Of a stretch of DNA of 64,000 bases, positions 21,446-30,600 are shown one piece after another (positions within the stretch are counted from its first letter, which is position 1; each line of letters opens with the position of its first letter). Source of the stretch: Candidatus Thorarchaeota archaeon. Lineage in GTDB: Archaea; Asgardarchaeota; Thorarchaeia; Thorarchaeales; Thorarchaeaceae. The position numbers were made by a program, and so were the translations under genes. The DNA lies in NCBI GenBank assembly GCA_048884965.1, contig JBHLQH010000001.1:192001-256000 (forward strand). The letters run 5' to 3'. The notes beneath the pieces are model-generated. The model did no database searches, was not told the DNA's origin, and was given only the letters and a program-made list of their open reading frames with translations.

Positions 21446-21710
21446 AACGATGTACTCCGTCTAGTGCTGTGAGTTCGACATGACTCAAATATGTGATGGC
21501 AAATTTCCAATTTACCATATCAAAGCGGTAAAGTCCTGATAGGGCTAGGAATGAGCGATGCCTAATGATGAAATAGTTGTACTAAAGCGACTGCTAGAAC
21601 AATCAAATCAAAAAGTAATCCGGGGTGAGATTAAACTACTTCATCTTCTCGCTGTTTTATGTGATCGAATCACTCTACATTCTGTTTGAGATAGGATACA
21701 CCCCAGTTCC

Positions 21711-22106
21711 TCACTCATCCTTGAGATTGATTCGGTCCATAAAGACACTGAGAAGTTGCTGAACTTGGTATGGTTTGAGCTCCGCAAAAGAACGGTCAAA
21801 ATCCGTCCTATTCATTGAGTATTTTTCAAACATCCTTTTCATCTCTGGATTTCGAGGATTGGTTATCCTTCTCCAAGAGTTCTCAGGTGCTTTCAACTTC
21901 TTCCGACCAACTCTAAGATAGAAATCTCGTATCCCTCGAGCATGTTCTTGATACATTAACTCATCGAGGGTTATTCCTTGTAGATTGTTCTTCAATATGT
22001 ACTTGAGAGCTGCCATCATGAAGATTGGCTTTTCATACTCTGCTCTCATCTTTTCTGCTGAACCAACAAGGTATTCGTAGAATTCTCTTACTACATCATC
22101 TGACAA
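21711..22106 (-). CDS. Hypothetical protein
   Basis: 131-aa ORF with GGAGGTGA SD before TTG. Confidence 0.65.
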   Translation of the reverse strand: MSDDVVREFYEYLVGSAEKMRAEYEKPIFMMAALKYILKNNLQGITLDELMYQEHARGIRDFYLRVGRKKLKAPENSWRRITNPRNPEMKRMFEKYSMNRTDFDRSFAELKPYQVQQLLSVFMDRINLKDE

Positions 22107-22370
22107 TATTTCACCTCCATATCCGTTGAGAATAACTCAGAGAATCCGTTTTGGAATTGCATATTCTAGTTGACATGCCACCCTATGAACTATCGCATGT
22201 GGACACGTGAAATTCCGATGGTTCCATTCTGCTAGTTATTTCTTACAAGTATAATTATATAAAATATGATTTAAAACAATGGTTCTGTCTATGAACCTCA
22301 TATCTATCGTACTGATGTACAGCGAATAACAGATAAGCATGGAAATCGAGAAATCACTGGGGGGGAAATT

Positions 22371-22682
22371 ATGCAATCGGATATACTCATCGGACCCTTC
22401 TTCTTCAGCGCAATCATTGGATACTTACTATTGATTGTCCTATTTGTGATTATCCGCCCAAGAGAGAATGAAGTATATAGTGACTTCAGACTAGTATGTT
22501 GGTTGTTCATCGTATCCATCAGTTTGGTTCTAGGTGCCGCAATTGGGTTGTTTGTCGAGTTTATGAGATCCTTGCATATTTTCCATCTATCAGATCCTCT
22601 ACTATTGATTATTATCATAACTTCCTTCATACCACCAATTCTAATGCTATTGTATATCCCTTGGAAAACACGAAACAGCTGA
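22371..22682 (+). CDS. Small 3-TM protein, paralog 1
   Basis: Shares Y-x9/10-(R/C)PR and C-terminal P-x7-W-x-T pattern with ORFs at 24790 and 25236. Confidence 0.7.
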   Translation: MQSDILIGPFFFSAIIGYLLLIVLFVIIRPRENEVYSDFRLVCWLFIVSISLVLGAAIGLFVEFMRSLHIFHLSDPLLLIIIITSFIPPILMLLYIPWKTRNS

Positions 22683-22734
22683 TCTTCTAAATGGTTGAAT
22701 CTAAGGAAAGAGTTGTACTCGTGCTCTCTAGTTG

Positions 22735-24603
22735 TCATTTCTTTTGATGCAAATACCATCTGGACAGAACTAGAACGATTACTAGAACTGATATGGCTGT
22801 AACTGAGTACGAAACTGACAAGTCGTTGAGGAGGAGATCGAAGAAATTTGAAAAGACACTTTCATTTGTGTTGCTTGGCGTAGTTGTATCAGAACTCTGA
22901 GGTCTATAGAGATAATATGGATTGGCTGCCAAAGTGATGTACTCACCCAGAACATGCTCTTCAATTGTGTATGGTCCTGAGTAGACCAGTGTTCCATTGA
23001 AGACCGCCTCATCCCACAGATCCCAATCCTCCGTTCCTATCCCATGGAGCATTACTCGTGGGATTATTGGTTTGTATACAACAGAATGAAGATGCCAGTA
23101 GGATTCTGTATTGAATTCCACAACAAAAGTACTCGGAGTACGTGCATATACTGCGGTCATGTTTGCCAAATCATCCATGAATCCATATATTTCCAATTCT
23201 CGGTACTTGTTCAAGGCAAAAACAACATCATCAGTAGTTAGTTGTGAGCCATCTGACCATGTGAGGTCTTCCCGCATGTCAAACACAAATCGAGTATGAC
23301 CTTCAGGTATGTATTGGTTGTCTTCGTGGGTTTCAGTTATGAATGATTCCACAAGCCAAGGCACATCTTCTCCATCTGGTCCTATCTTGAAGAGAGAATC
23401 AAAAAGATTATCCAAGACATTTCTTGAGTATATTGAGTTTGTAACCAGTGGATTATATGTGTCAAGGTCCATTGCATTACTCCATTGCAATGTTCCACCA
23501 ATTGGACCTCCTCGATTTGGTAGGAGCTGAACTTTGAAGTTAGACCACCATCCAGGTATACCCCTTGAAACATCATTCACGAACCCTGTGAATCTGTCCG
23601 TTCTGTATGCTGAGAGTAGAAGATTCTCATAGCAGACAATAATAGGACACTCATAGACCAAGATCTCTTGCATATGTTTCGCTGCGTTTTGAACATCCTC
23701 GTAATCTATCGAATGAAGAAGAATATCCGCATAGAGGTCGTACGTTGCATTGCAAAAGTTGGGGAAATTGTAGAATGGGATAGTAGAATAATCAGAGTGA
23801 AATTCATACCCCAACCAATCGACATCAAAACTAGGGAATGATGTCCCTAAAAAGATTATATCATAGTCTCCATGGTTGTACAGACTATTCCAAATACCTG
23901 AACAATGCCAACATGTTGGATGATGAACATCAGTGTAAATACTCAATGATTCAATTGCTTCTATCAAGTTCTCAGTCACTTCTATTGCTATGCTGGAAGA
24001 GTCCGGCCACTCTATTGTAATGTTGAATGCTTCACCATTTGGTGCCTCTCTATATCCAGTAGTTTCATTGATGGCAAATCCTGCTGCATCAAGAAGTGCA
24101 TTCGCTCTTTCAGTGTCCGATTCGTAGTACGTATAATCAAGAGCGCCTTCTATTGATATGGGATTACATTGAGGAACCGGACTGTCTTGGGGGATTGATA
24201 GACCATCCCAAATTTCATCAGAGATATATTCCTTATCTAGAGCGAATGCAATAGCTCGTCGCAATGCGGTATAGTTGAAAGGAAACTTCTGAGTATTCAA
24301 TGTAAAATATCCATAGCCATTTCTCAGAGTATCATCAACAGCAATGTTCTGTGCTTCTTGAAGAATCTCAAAAAATGATGGATCCACTGTGTTCCCTATC
24401 AAATCAATCTCATTATCCTGCAACGCAAGAACCTGTTGATCGTCCTGTGTGATTATGTTGAAGGTGACCTTATCCAAGAATGGACCTGTCATGAGCTGGG
24501 AATCTACTTCTTGTACTGCCTTGGAAAAGAAAGGTCCAATAGAGATAGTCGATATGCTGATGATGAGAACGATTGTGATGCTCATCCTCGTCTCTCTCTT
24601 CAC
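22735..24603 (-). CDS. ABC peptide substrate-binding protein (family 5) with C-terminal TM anchor
   Basis: Signal peptide; ALRRAIAFALDK, TWSDG..TTDDVVF, YSGPY motifs; S/T linker plus TM. Confidence 0.88.
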   Translation of the reverse strand: MKRETRMSITIVLIISISTISIGPFFSKAVQEVDSQLMTGPFLDKVTFNIITQDDQQVLALQDNEIDLIGNTVDPSFFEILQEAQNIAVDDTLRNGYGYFTLNTQKFPFNYTALRRAIAFALDKEYISDEIWDGLSIPQDSPVPQCNPISIEGALDYTYYESDTERANALLDAAGFAINETTGYREAPNGEAFNITIEWPDSSSIAIEVTENLIEAIESLSIYTDVHHPTCWHCSGIWNSLYNHGDYDIIFLGTSFPSFDVDWLGYEFHSDYSTIPFYNFPNFCNATYDLYADILLHSIDYEDVQNAAKHMQEILVYECPIIVCYENLLLSAYRTDRFTGFVNDVSRGIPGWWSNFKVQLLPNRGGPIGGTLQWSNAMDLDTYNPLVTNSIYSRNVLDNLFDSLFKIGPDGEDVPWLVESFITETHEDNQYIPEGHTRFVFDMREDLTWSDGSQLTTDDVVFALNKYRELEIYGFMDDLANMTAVYARTPSTFVVEFNTESYWHLHSVVYKPIIPRVMLHGIGTEDWDLWDEAVFNGTLVYSGPYTIEEHVLGEYITLAANPYYLYRPQSSDTTTPSNTNESVFSNFFDLLLNDLSVSYSVTAISVLVIVLVLSRWYLHQKK

Positions 24604-24708
24604 CTAGAATGAACCCTCCTGAATGTATAATTATAGGAGCCTAGCGAGTTTAATGTTTCTTCTGATGTAATTAGATACACAAAGCTTTGAGTTCGTCAAT
24701 GGAACAAG

Positions 24709-24747
24709 TAGGTAGGGTCAGTTTCAGAAGAATGTTGTGTACTTTTC
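24709..24747. repeat. Dispersed repeat, copy B
   Basis: TAGGTAGGGTCAGTTTCAGAAGAATGTTGTG. Confidence 0.65.
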
Positions 24748-24789
24748 CAAACAAGAAGATTAACATGAATAACTAATTCATTGTTATTT

Positions 24790-25074
24790 ATGCAGTCATG
24801 GCTCAATATCCCTCCTCTCTTTGCTGGGGGCGCCGGTATCTATATTGTATCAATTTTCATCTACATAATCTTCCGTCCAAGAATGAATGAATCTACTTCA
24901 AATATGAAGCTTGCCGCTTGCTTGACTGCAATTTCTATGGAGATCATAGTTGCAGGACTTTATGCAGGGATATACTCTTCATGGTTTGCAATTTCCATCT
25001 ATGAACTCTTACTTCCGTGGTTGATTCTTCCAAGTTTACTTCTGATTCATCTTGTTTGGACAACATCAAAATAG
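24790..25074 (+). CDS. Small 3-TM protein, paralog 2
   Basis: MQSW...YIIFRPRMNE...LPSLLLIHLVWT, similar to 22371 (MQSD...VIIRPRENE). Confidence 0.7.
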   Translation: MQSWLNIPPLFAGGAGIYIVSIFIYIIFRPRMNESTSNMKLAACLTAISMEIIVAGLYAGIYSSWFAISIYELLLPWLILPSLLLIHLVWTTSK

Positions 25075-25144
25075 ATCACTCATTTTGATACACATCGGAT
25101 AAAAGAACGCTTTCCCTTACGCACCCCTACAACGTGATTCTAGA

Positions 25145-25185
25145 AGGTAGGGCCCGTGTCAGAGGAAAGATGTGTGGAGATTCTC
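25145..25185. repeat. Dispersed repeat, copy C
   Basis: AGGTAGGGCCCGTGTCAGAGGAAAGATGTGTGGAGATTCTC. Confidence 0.75.
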
Positions 25186-25235
25186 ACAACAAGGTATTAT
25201 TTGCTCTATATGCAGAAGAAAAGGAGGCTACAGAT

Positions 25236-25547
25236 TTGTATACTCCAACCAGTTCCACAGGACTTCTATTTGCCTATTTTCTTATCCTATTTCTCTATGT
25301 ATGGCTTTGTCCAAGAAGATCTGTGATTTATAATAACTCCCAGTTGGGTCAATGTCTATTATTAATTTCTGGATCCATCATTCTAGGTACTATGATTGGA
25401 TATAACATGACATCTTGGTGGTGGTCAATAACTCTGGATATTATGCATCTTCATACAACGGCTTTTCTATTCCCACCTGCTATCATGATGATTCATCTGA
25501 TTTGGGCGACTCAAAGCACACCTCAAAACCAATTGGATTCAGAATGA
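25236..25547 (+). CDS. Small 3-TM protein, paralog 3 (start revised to TTG 25236)
   Basis: AAGGAGG SD at 25221; LYVWLCPRRS...PPAIMMIHLIWAT. Confidence 0.7.
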   Translation: MYTPTSSTGLLFAYFLILFLYVWLCPRRSVIYNNSQLGQCLLLISGSIILGTMIGYNMTSWWWSITLDIMHLHTTAFLFPPAIMMIHLIWATQSTPQNQLDSE

Positions 25548-25564
25548 GTGAAAATCAGAAGTAG

Positions 25565-25652
25565 TAGGTAGGGCCCGTCTCAGAAGAAAGAGTTGTAGGT
25601 ATTCGCGTGGTTAGGAGGGGGAGATTTAGTTTTATTCCGAGCCGGAACCCTA
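25565..25652 (-). other. 80-bp element with imperfect terminal inverted repeats (MITE or small structured RNA); repeat copy D
   Basis: TA|GGGCCCGTCTCAGAAGAAA...TTTATTCCGAGCCGGAACCC|TA; minus-strand BRE/TATA at ~25672-25690. Confidence 0.55.
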
Positions 25653-25812
25653 TATGGAAGTCGATTCAAGGTATTATAATACTTATCTTTGATGCAGAAA
25701 TGAACTGATAGCTTCATATTTAATAGAATAGACATTTCACGAAGCAAAAATCGTCAGAATACTACCAAAACTGAAGTCCACTAATTCTGTGAGGCCGTGC
25801 CCCAATGGCACC

Positions 25813-26172
25813 CTAATAGCCCCATTCCTGTCCAAGGCGCTGACGATACCAGCGTTGTCCCTTCTTAGTAAGTGAATATACACCCATGATGTCCTGAAGG
25901 AGTCCCATGCTTATCATATTCTGAACCACATTGTACAGGGAAGCATCAGCTGCTCCAGTTGCCTGCTTGAGTTGCTCGAAATCCATCTTACCCTCACGCT
26001 TGAGAGTCTGAGCGATATCGAACTTGCCAGTGGATCGTGTTTCTTGTCTGGTGACGATATGACCACAGTTGGTACAGATCATGTCTCCTTTATGGTCGTC
26101 ACGGGCTACTTCCTTCGCTCCACAGATCGGACAGGATGTCTTTGAGAATCTTAGTGAACGTCGGTGTGACAT
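25813..26172 (-). CDS. TFIIB-type zinc ribbon plus winged-helix protein
   Basis: CPICG...GDMICTNCGHIV; C-terminal wHTH ending YSLTKKG. Confidence 0.75.
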   Translation of the reverse strand: MSHRRSLRFSKTSCPICGAKEVARDDHKGDMICTNCGHIVTRQETRSTGKFDIAQTLKREGKMDFEQLKQATGAADASLYNVVQNMISMGLLQDIMGVYSLTKKGQRWYRQRLGQEWGY

Positions 26173-26234
26173 GTATAACGACCAAAGTTGGCACGACGTG
26201 GAGCCTTGATAAAACTAACGACATGACAGTAAAA

Positions 26235-26750
26235 CTACTCGTCACCTGATTTGGTTTGGGCAAGCTTTCTGAAGAAGGCTTCGTAGTCTATCTCAAAGGC
26301 GACCCTACTCCCTGGACGTGCCTTACCACCTCTCCCATCAAGCTCGATATATCCCATATCGCTCAACTCACGAAGATCTGTTACTACGCTGCGTCTAGCT
26401 TTCCGCCGAAACTCACGAATCCTATCAATGCTGACCCAGTCCCCTTCCTGATATGCTAGGGTGATTACCACCAGCAAGGTTGCAGCCAATCGATCCGGTA
26501 AGGGTGAGTCCTCCAGCAAAATATCACTGCTAGTGTCAGTGTCTAAGTAGAACACATGACTTACTGGATTATGGCGAATAACAAGTCCAACAGGTTCGAC
26601 CTTGCGATGCAACTCCGCTAACCTCTGAAACAGGATATGCCTACCAGCTCCCTCTGGCAGTCCCAGTGCATCGAGCATATCATCTACACCAGCTCCAATG
26701 GGATCTCCTGTTCTTGTGAGTAGTTTCATGAGGATGGAGTACTCGTTCAT
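26235..26750 (-). CDS. KITE-like tandem winged-helix protein (ScpB/Nse1-3/JetB-like)
   Basis: Two wHTH: RLAELHRKVEPVGLVI...FYL and LAATLLVVITLAY...DLRELSDMGYIE. Confidence 0.6.
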   Translation of the reverse strand: MNEYSILMKLLTRTGDPIGAGVDDMLDALGLPEGAGRHILFQRLAELHRKVEPVGLVIRHNPVSHVFYLDTDTSSDILLEDSPLPDRLAATLLVVITLAYQEGDWVSIDRIREFRRKARRSVVTDLRELSDMGYIELDGRGGKARPGSRVAFEIDYEAFFRKLAQTKSGDE

Positions 26751-26821
26751 CGAATCTAAGAAAACTCAATAGCAATTAAACTTAGCACTTTAGGGTCTAT
26801 GAACTCGCCTTTCGTGCCTTC

Positions 26822-27210
26822 TTAGTTGATCTCAAAGGAGTCCTCATCTGAATCTCCATAGAGTTTCTTGTACACATTTGAGATCTTCCCTTCCTTCTGA
26901 AGATTGTCGATATACTCTCTCTCCTTTTGCAGGCGAATCCTACCGAGTTCAATCTTCTTGTTTATCCATTCTTCTCCATCTAAATTATACCACTTCCAAA
27001 ACAAGAGGGCTCCAATCAAGAAAAGAATCGCAGAAAACAATCCGTATCCCAATTGTATTCCGAAGATTGCTGATGCTGATTGAGTGTTCAGAGTATTATC
27101 AAAACCAAATCCACTGATAATCATCAAGAACAGTGCGTTGCCAATCGAGATTGCGGGTTTAGTGATCAGGGCATTCATACCTGCATAAGTTTCTGGTCGA
27201 ATCCTTCGTA
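26822..27210 (-). pseudogene. C-terminal fragment of a GPH/MelB-type MFS transporter
   Basis: Only IRPETYAGMNALITKPAISIG plus the last 2 TMs and tail remain; no N-terminal TMs upstream. Confidence 0.65.
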
Positions 27211-27295
27211 TGCTGATTTATACAGATAAGCAATCTACATACTCATCCCACTTGAAGTAAGTGGAGACATTTCTCCACTCAGAAAGGAATCTCAC

Positions 27296-27325
27296 AAAAA
27301 GGGAGGGATTGATTGCAATCCCTCC
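27296..27325 (-). terminator. Hairpin plus T tract after the 27336-27776 gene
   Basis: Perfect 10-bp stem GGAGGGATTG-ATTG-CAATCCCTCC; minus strand continues CTTTTT. Confidence 0.7.
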
Positions 27326-27335
27326 AAGAATCTGA

Positions 27336-27776
27336 TCAATTTATCTGTACAACTCCATAGCAAGTCCATATCGGAGTTATCATTGACTCTATGTGTATAT
27401 TTCGTCCGATGAGATAGGCCCAATCAGTAGATGCTGTTGTTACCTCACCATTCATGACTCCCTCTCCAGTGGACCAAACCACATGTCCAGTTATTGTTCC
27501 TTCAATTGATTCTCCATCATCCCAAACAATCATTATTTTTCCAGAGAATTTTTGAACATCTGGTAGATCTCTCCATTCAATGACATCAAAGTAGAGAGTC
27601 CCTTGACTGCCATCTTCTCTCGTTATATCACCTGTCCATTCGGGTTCGAATGTATACCAGGCATCGAAATTCCACAGTTGCGGAGGTTTAGCCTGAACAG
27701 GAGCGACTGACACCAACGCAAGTATGAGAAAGAGACTGAGTATGCCGATACTTCCTAGCCTTCGAATTCTTTTCAC
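27336..27776 (-). CDS. Secreted beta-rich protein
   Basis: Signal peptide ending VQA-K; GGAGGTGA SD before GTG. Confidence 0.75.
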   Translation of the reverse strand: MKRIRRLGSIGILSLFLILALVSVAPVQAKPPQLWNFDAWYTFEPEWTGDITREDGSQGTLYFDVIEWRDLPDVQKFSGKIMIVWDDGESIEGTITGHVVWSTGEGVMNGEVTTASTDWAYLIGRNIHIESMITPIWTCYGVVQIN

Positions 27777-27826
27777 TAGTTCACCTCCAAACTCGCTAAG
27801 GACATTTGTCCTCCCTTTGCTCTGAC

Positions 27827-27898
27827 ATTACTTTGTAATAAATATTACGTTATTACATTATTACATTAGAAGTTATATTTAATAGAACCCTTTGTAAT
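27827..27898. promoter_or_regulatory. ATTAC/GTAAT operator array in a divergent promoter
   Basis: ATTAC-TTT-GTAAT palindrome, TATTAC x3 at 8-bp period (27843, 27851, 27859), GTAAT at 27894. Confidence 0.55.
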
Positions 27899-27923
27899 AG
27901 AATAAGTAGAGAAGGCATTTCCA

Positions 27924-28232
27924 TTGACGAAGAAGAAAACCAATACATCACAGAGCTTAAAGTCTGCAATGATTGAAGAACTCTCCCTCAAAACATCCGA
28001 CTCAACTCGTGATATTGCGGTTATGACACGTCTAAATGGTGAAAGTGTAAATATGCTAGACATTCTCGTGAAAGTAGGGATCTTTAAGAGTAGATCTGAA
28101 GCAGTTGCTGCAATTATTGAGAAGACATTGCTAACACACAAAGACAAATTCGCACAACTAGAGGTTGAAATAGCTAAATTAGAAGAGATCCAGGAGAAGG
28201 CCAAAGAAATAGCATTCGATGTAATCAAGTGA
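27924..28232 (+). CDS. Ribbon-helix-helix (CopG/Arc-like) regulator with coiled-coil tail
   Basis: VMTRL...LDILVKVGIFKSRSEAV. Confidence 0.75.
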   Translation: MTKKKTNTSQSLKSAMIEELSLKTSDSTRDIAVMTRLNGESVNMLDILVKVGIFKSRSEAVAAIIEKTLLTHKDKFAQLEVEIAKLEEIQEKAKEIAFDVIK

Positions 28233-28237
28233 TTCAA

Positions 28238-29707
28238 CTATCTTGTTATCTCAGGTAAATGAAAGTCAACCATGTCATGTATGTACATCATACTCGAATC
28301 AGATATAGACCTGAGCTCACTAACCAGTTTCTTATATTCTCCATAGTTACCATGCTTCCAGTGATACTTGGCTTTCAGAATCTTAGCTTGGGCAATGAAA
28401 CCAGGAAATTGCTTTTCCTCTACGTATTTATCAAACCGATTCAACCAAGAATCTGAAGAAGATATGTCTACTATTCCGTTCGTTTCTACTTCAATATCTG
28501 CAAGGTGAAAGAAACACAGATTCTTGTAAAGATGATCTGCATCGCTAAACTGAGCCATCAACATTTCAAGTGTGTTAATAGCACTTTGAAAATCACCAGT
28601 GTCTTTCTCGAGTATTCCCTCAAGTAACAGATGAAGATTCATTGCCTTTTGGAGACCTGACTTAATGGCTAGTTGCTTTCCTTTATCGAGATAAGAAAGC
28701 GCTTTTACAGTATCTCCAAGTATGATACTAGCATAGGCGATGTTTAAGTAATAAAGAGGTAAAAGCCTCTTCCTTCCATCAAATTTTCCTTTCGAGTTCT
28801 CTAAATAATTAAGCGCATCTCTTCCTCTTCCTAGCAAAGTGTATACAAGTGGAAATGTCAGGTCTGCGAAAGCTTCAGGATGGTTAATTGATGTTGTAAG
28901 ATCATGATACTCTTGAGAATACTGCAGCGAGGCGTTATATTCACCTCGCAAATTCGTTAGCGATCTCAAGAATTCCAAATTTCTAGCAACACCCCATGAA
29001 TATCCAAGATCTCTGCCTATTCTCGTACTTTCCAACATCATGTCTATTGCATGTTGAGTATCATTAGATCGAATTATCGAGGCAATGTAGTATAATCCGT
29101 CTGATACAAGAGGTAGGTCATCAAACTTTCGTGCTATCATTAAACCTTGTTTAAAAAGCACTAACGCATCCGCGTGATATCCCTTAATGAGTAACTGGTA
29201 AGCTTCGAGACCGATCAGCAAAGATTTGAAGAACTTATAATCTGGATCAATCATAATGCGTTTATCCAGAATATCCATAATCCTGAGTTGAGTGTCACTC
29301 TCAGGATACCAAGATTCGGCCGCTTTACGCCATGCAAGATAGAGATGGCATCCAAGCCAGTCATTCGGAATGCACTCTAATGCTTTTGCGAGAGTTTCTC
29401 TCATTGCTTCCATCCGAATAGACTCACCATGAATGGTACGAACAGCCTGAAGAAGGGGTTCAACTATAAGGTATGCTGACTGGTTTCTGATGAAAGGCAT
29501 CAGGAGAGTGTACTCATCTATATTATACGAGTGAAACACAGCGAAGTATAACACTTCTTCTGAAACATTTTCTGATTGTGCTAACTCACATAATTTTTTA
29601 CAGAATTCACCATAATGTTCTGACTCTGCCATCACAGATTCAAGTACTACTTTGGTATCCTCACTTACATGTGGAAAACATATGGTAATGGTTCCAAGCG
29701 GTTTCAC
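28238..29707 (-). CDS. TPR-repeat protein (Thorarchaeota-type family by recollection)
   Basis: Helical repeats with A/G-spaced TPR pattern; N-terminus MKPLGTITICFP. Confidence 0.7.
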   Translation of the reverse strand: MKPLGTITICFPHVSEDTKVVLESVMAESEHYGEFCKKLCELAQSENVSEEVLYFAVFHSYNIDEYTLLMPFIRNQSAYLIVEPLLQAVRTIHGESIRMEAMRETLAKALECIPNDWLGCHLYLAWRKAAESWYPESDTQLRIMDILDKRIMIDPDYKFFKSLLIGLEAYQLLIKGYHADALVLFKQGLMIARKFDDLPLVSDGLYYIASIIRSNDTQHAIDMMLESTRIGRDLGYSWGVARNLEFLRSLTNLRGEYNASLQYSQEYHDLTTSINHPEAFADLTFPLVYTLLGRGRDALNYLENSKGKFDGRKRLLPLYYLNIAYASIILGDTVKALSYLDKGKQLAIKSGLQKAMNLHLLLEGILEKDTGDFQSAINTLEMLMAQFSDADHLYKNLCFFHLADIEVETNGIVDISSSDSWLNRFDKYVEEKQFPGFIAQAKILKAKYHWKHGNYGEYKKLVSELRSISDSSMMYIHDMVDFHLPEITR

Positions 29708-29836
29708 GATTACTCCTCAACGAGAGAAACCTATAGATATTAGCTGACCTTCTAAATCAGTTTTTTCCCAGATTGAAACGAATGACGTAAAAATCATGCA
29801 AACCAGAAATACAATTACTTTTCAAGACTGCTCAAG

Positions 29837-30517
29837 TCATGTGGAATTTATGTTTCTATTGTATGGGCATGCTTCAATACATCGAATACACCACAAAACA
29901 GCATTCTTCGTAATGTATTCAAGGTTGCTTTCACAATAGCTGCGACATTTCTTCTTGTCATACCCTTGAGTCAATGCGTCAGCTGGACATGCCTTGATAC
30001 ATAGGGTACATTCTTTGCAGAGATCATTTTCAAGCAGAGGATCCGAGTTGAATTGAGCGTCAGTCACCAATGCTCGAAGCCTGATGTTAGGACCAAAATC
30101 AGGATTCAGCAATAGGTTGTTATTTCCAAATACGCCAATTCCCGCATAGTAGCCTGCTTCTTTCAGAAATATCGATGGTTCATATGGAACAACTTCGGCT
30201 ATATGACCTGATCGTTCAATGAACAATGCAATTCGATATGCAATGCCTCTCAGAATCTCATCTTCAAAAGCTCTAGACGGTCTCCCTGTTTCTCTCCACT
30301 CTTCTGTATGCAACCAAAGGTCAAGTGATGGATCCACCATGTGAATGCCAATAACTATGACTGTCTTTGCAGATTCAAGCGTTGATTGAGGATGGTTGTC
30401 AGCGGCAAAATCTGTAAACCGATCTATAGAAGCAAAACCGATGAGATCAGCACCCCATTTTTTCGCTTTCTCTCTTACTTCCATCTTCAAAGCATCAATA
30501 GAGGTCAGGTGTATCAT
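29837..30517 (-). CDS. QueG/reductive-dehalogenase-like 4Fe-4S (putative corrinoid) protein
   Basis: GADLIGFA, KEAGYYAGIG.FG.NNLL.P.FGP.IRL, CxxCxxCxxxCP and CxxCxxxCP. Confidence 0.85.
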   Translation of the reverse strand: MIHLTSIDALKMEVREKAKKWGADLIGFASIDRFTDFAADNHPQSTLESAKTVIVIGIHMVDPSLDLWLHTEEWRETGRPSRAFEDEILRGIAYRIALFIERSGHIAEVVPYEPSIFLKEAGYYAGIGVFGNNNLLLNPDFGPNIRLRALVTDAQFNSDPLLENDLCKECTLCIKACPADALTQGYDKKKCRSYCESNLEYITKNAVLWCIRCIEACPYNRNINST

Positions 30518-30600
30518 CTCTAGTATTTATTCAGCAAATGCATGCCTGCTCCTTGAACTAAGAGAGGGAGGATATAGGGATTTCGTCTGATTCTTGCACC

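Noticed and set aside
22304-22759. 151-aa minus-strand ORF and the many other short antisense ORFs in the track (e.g. 42671-43180, 14668-15069, 52026-52514)
   Set aside because: Shadow frames of better-supported genes; no motifs
24709-25606. Repeats as a CRISPR array
   Set aside because: Degenerate copies ~430 bp apart enclosing genes; no cas genes in the window
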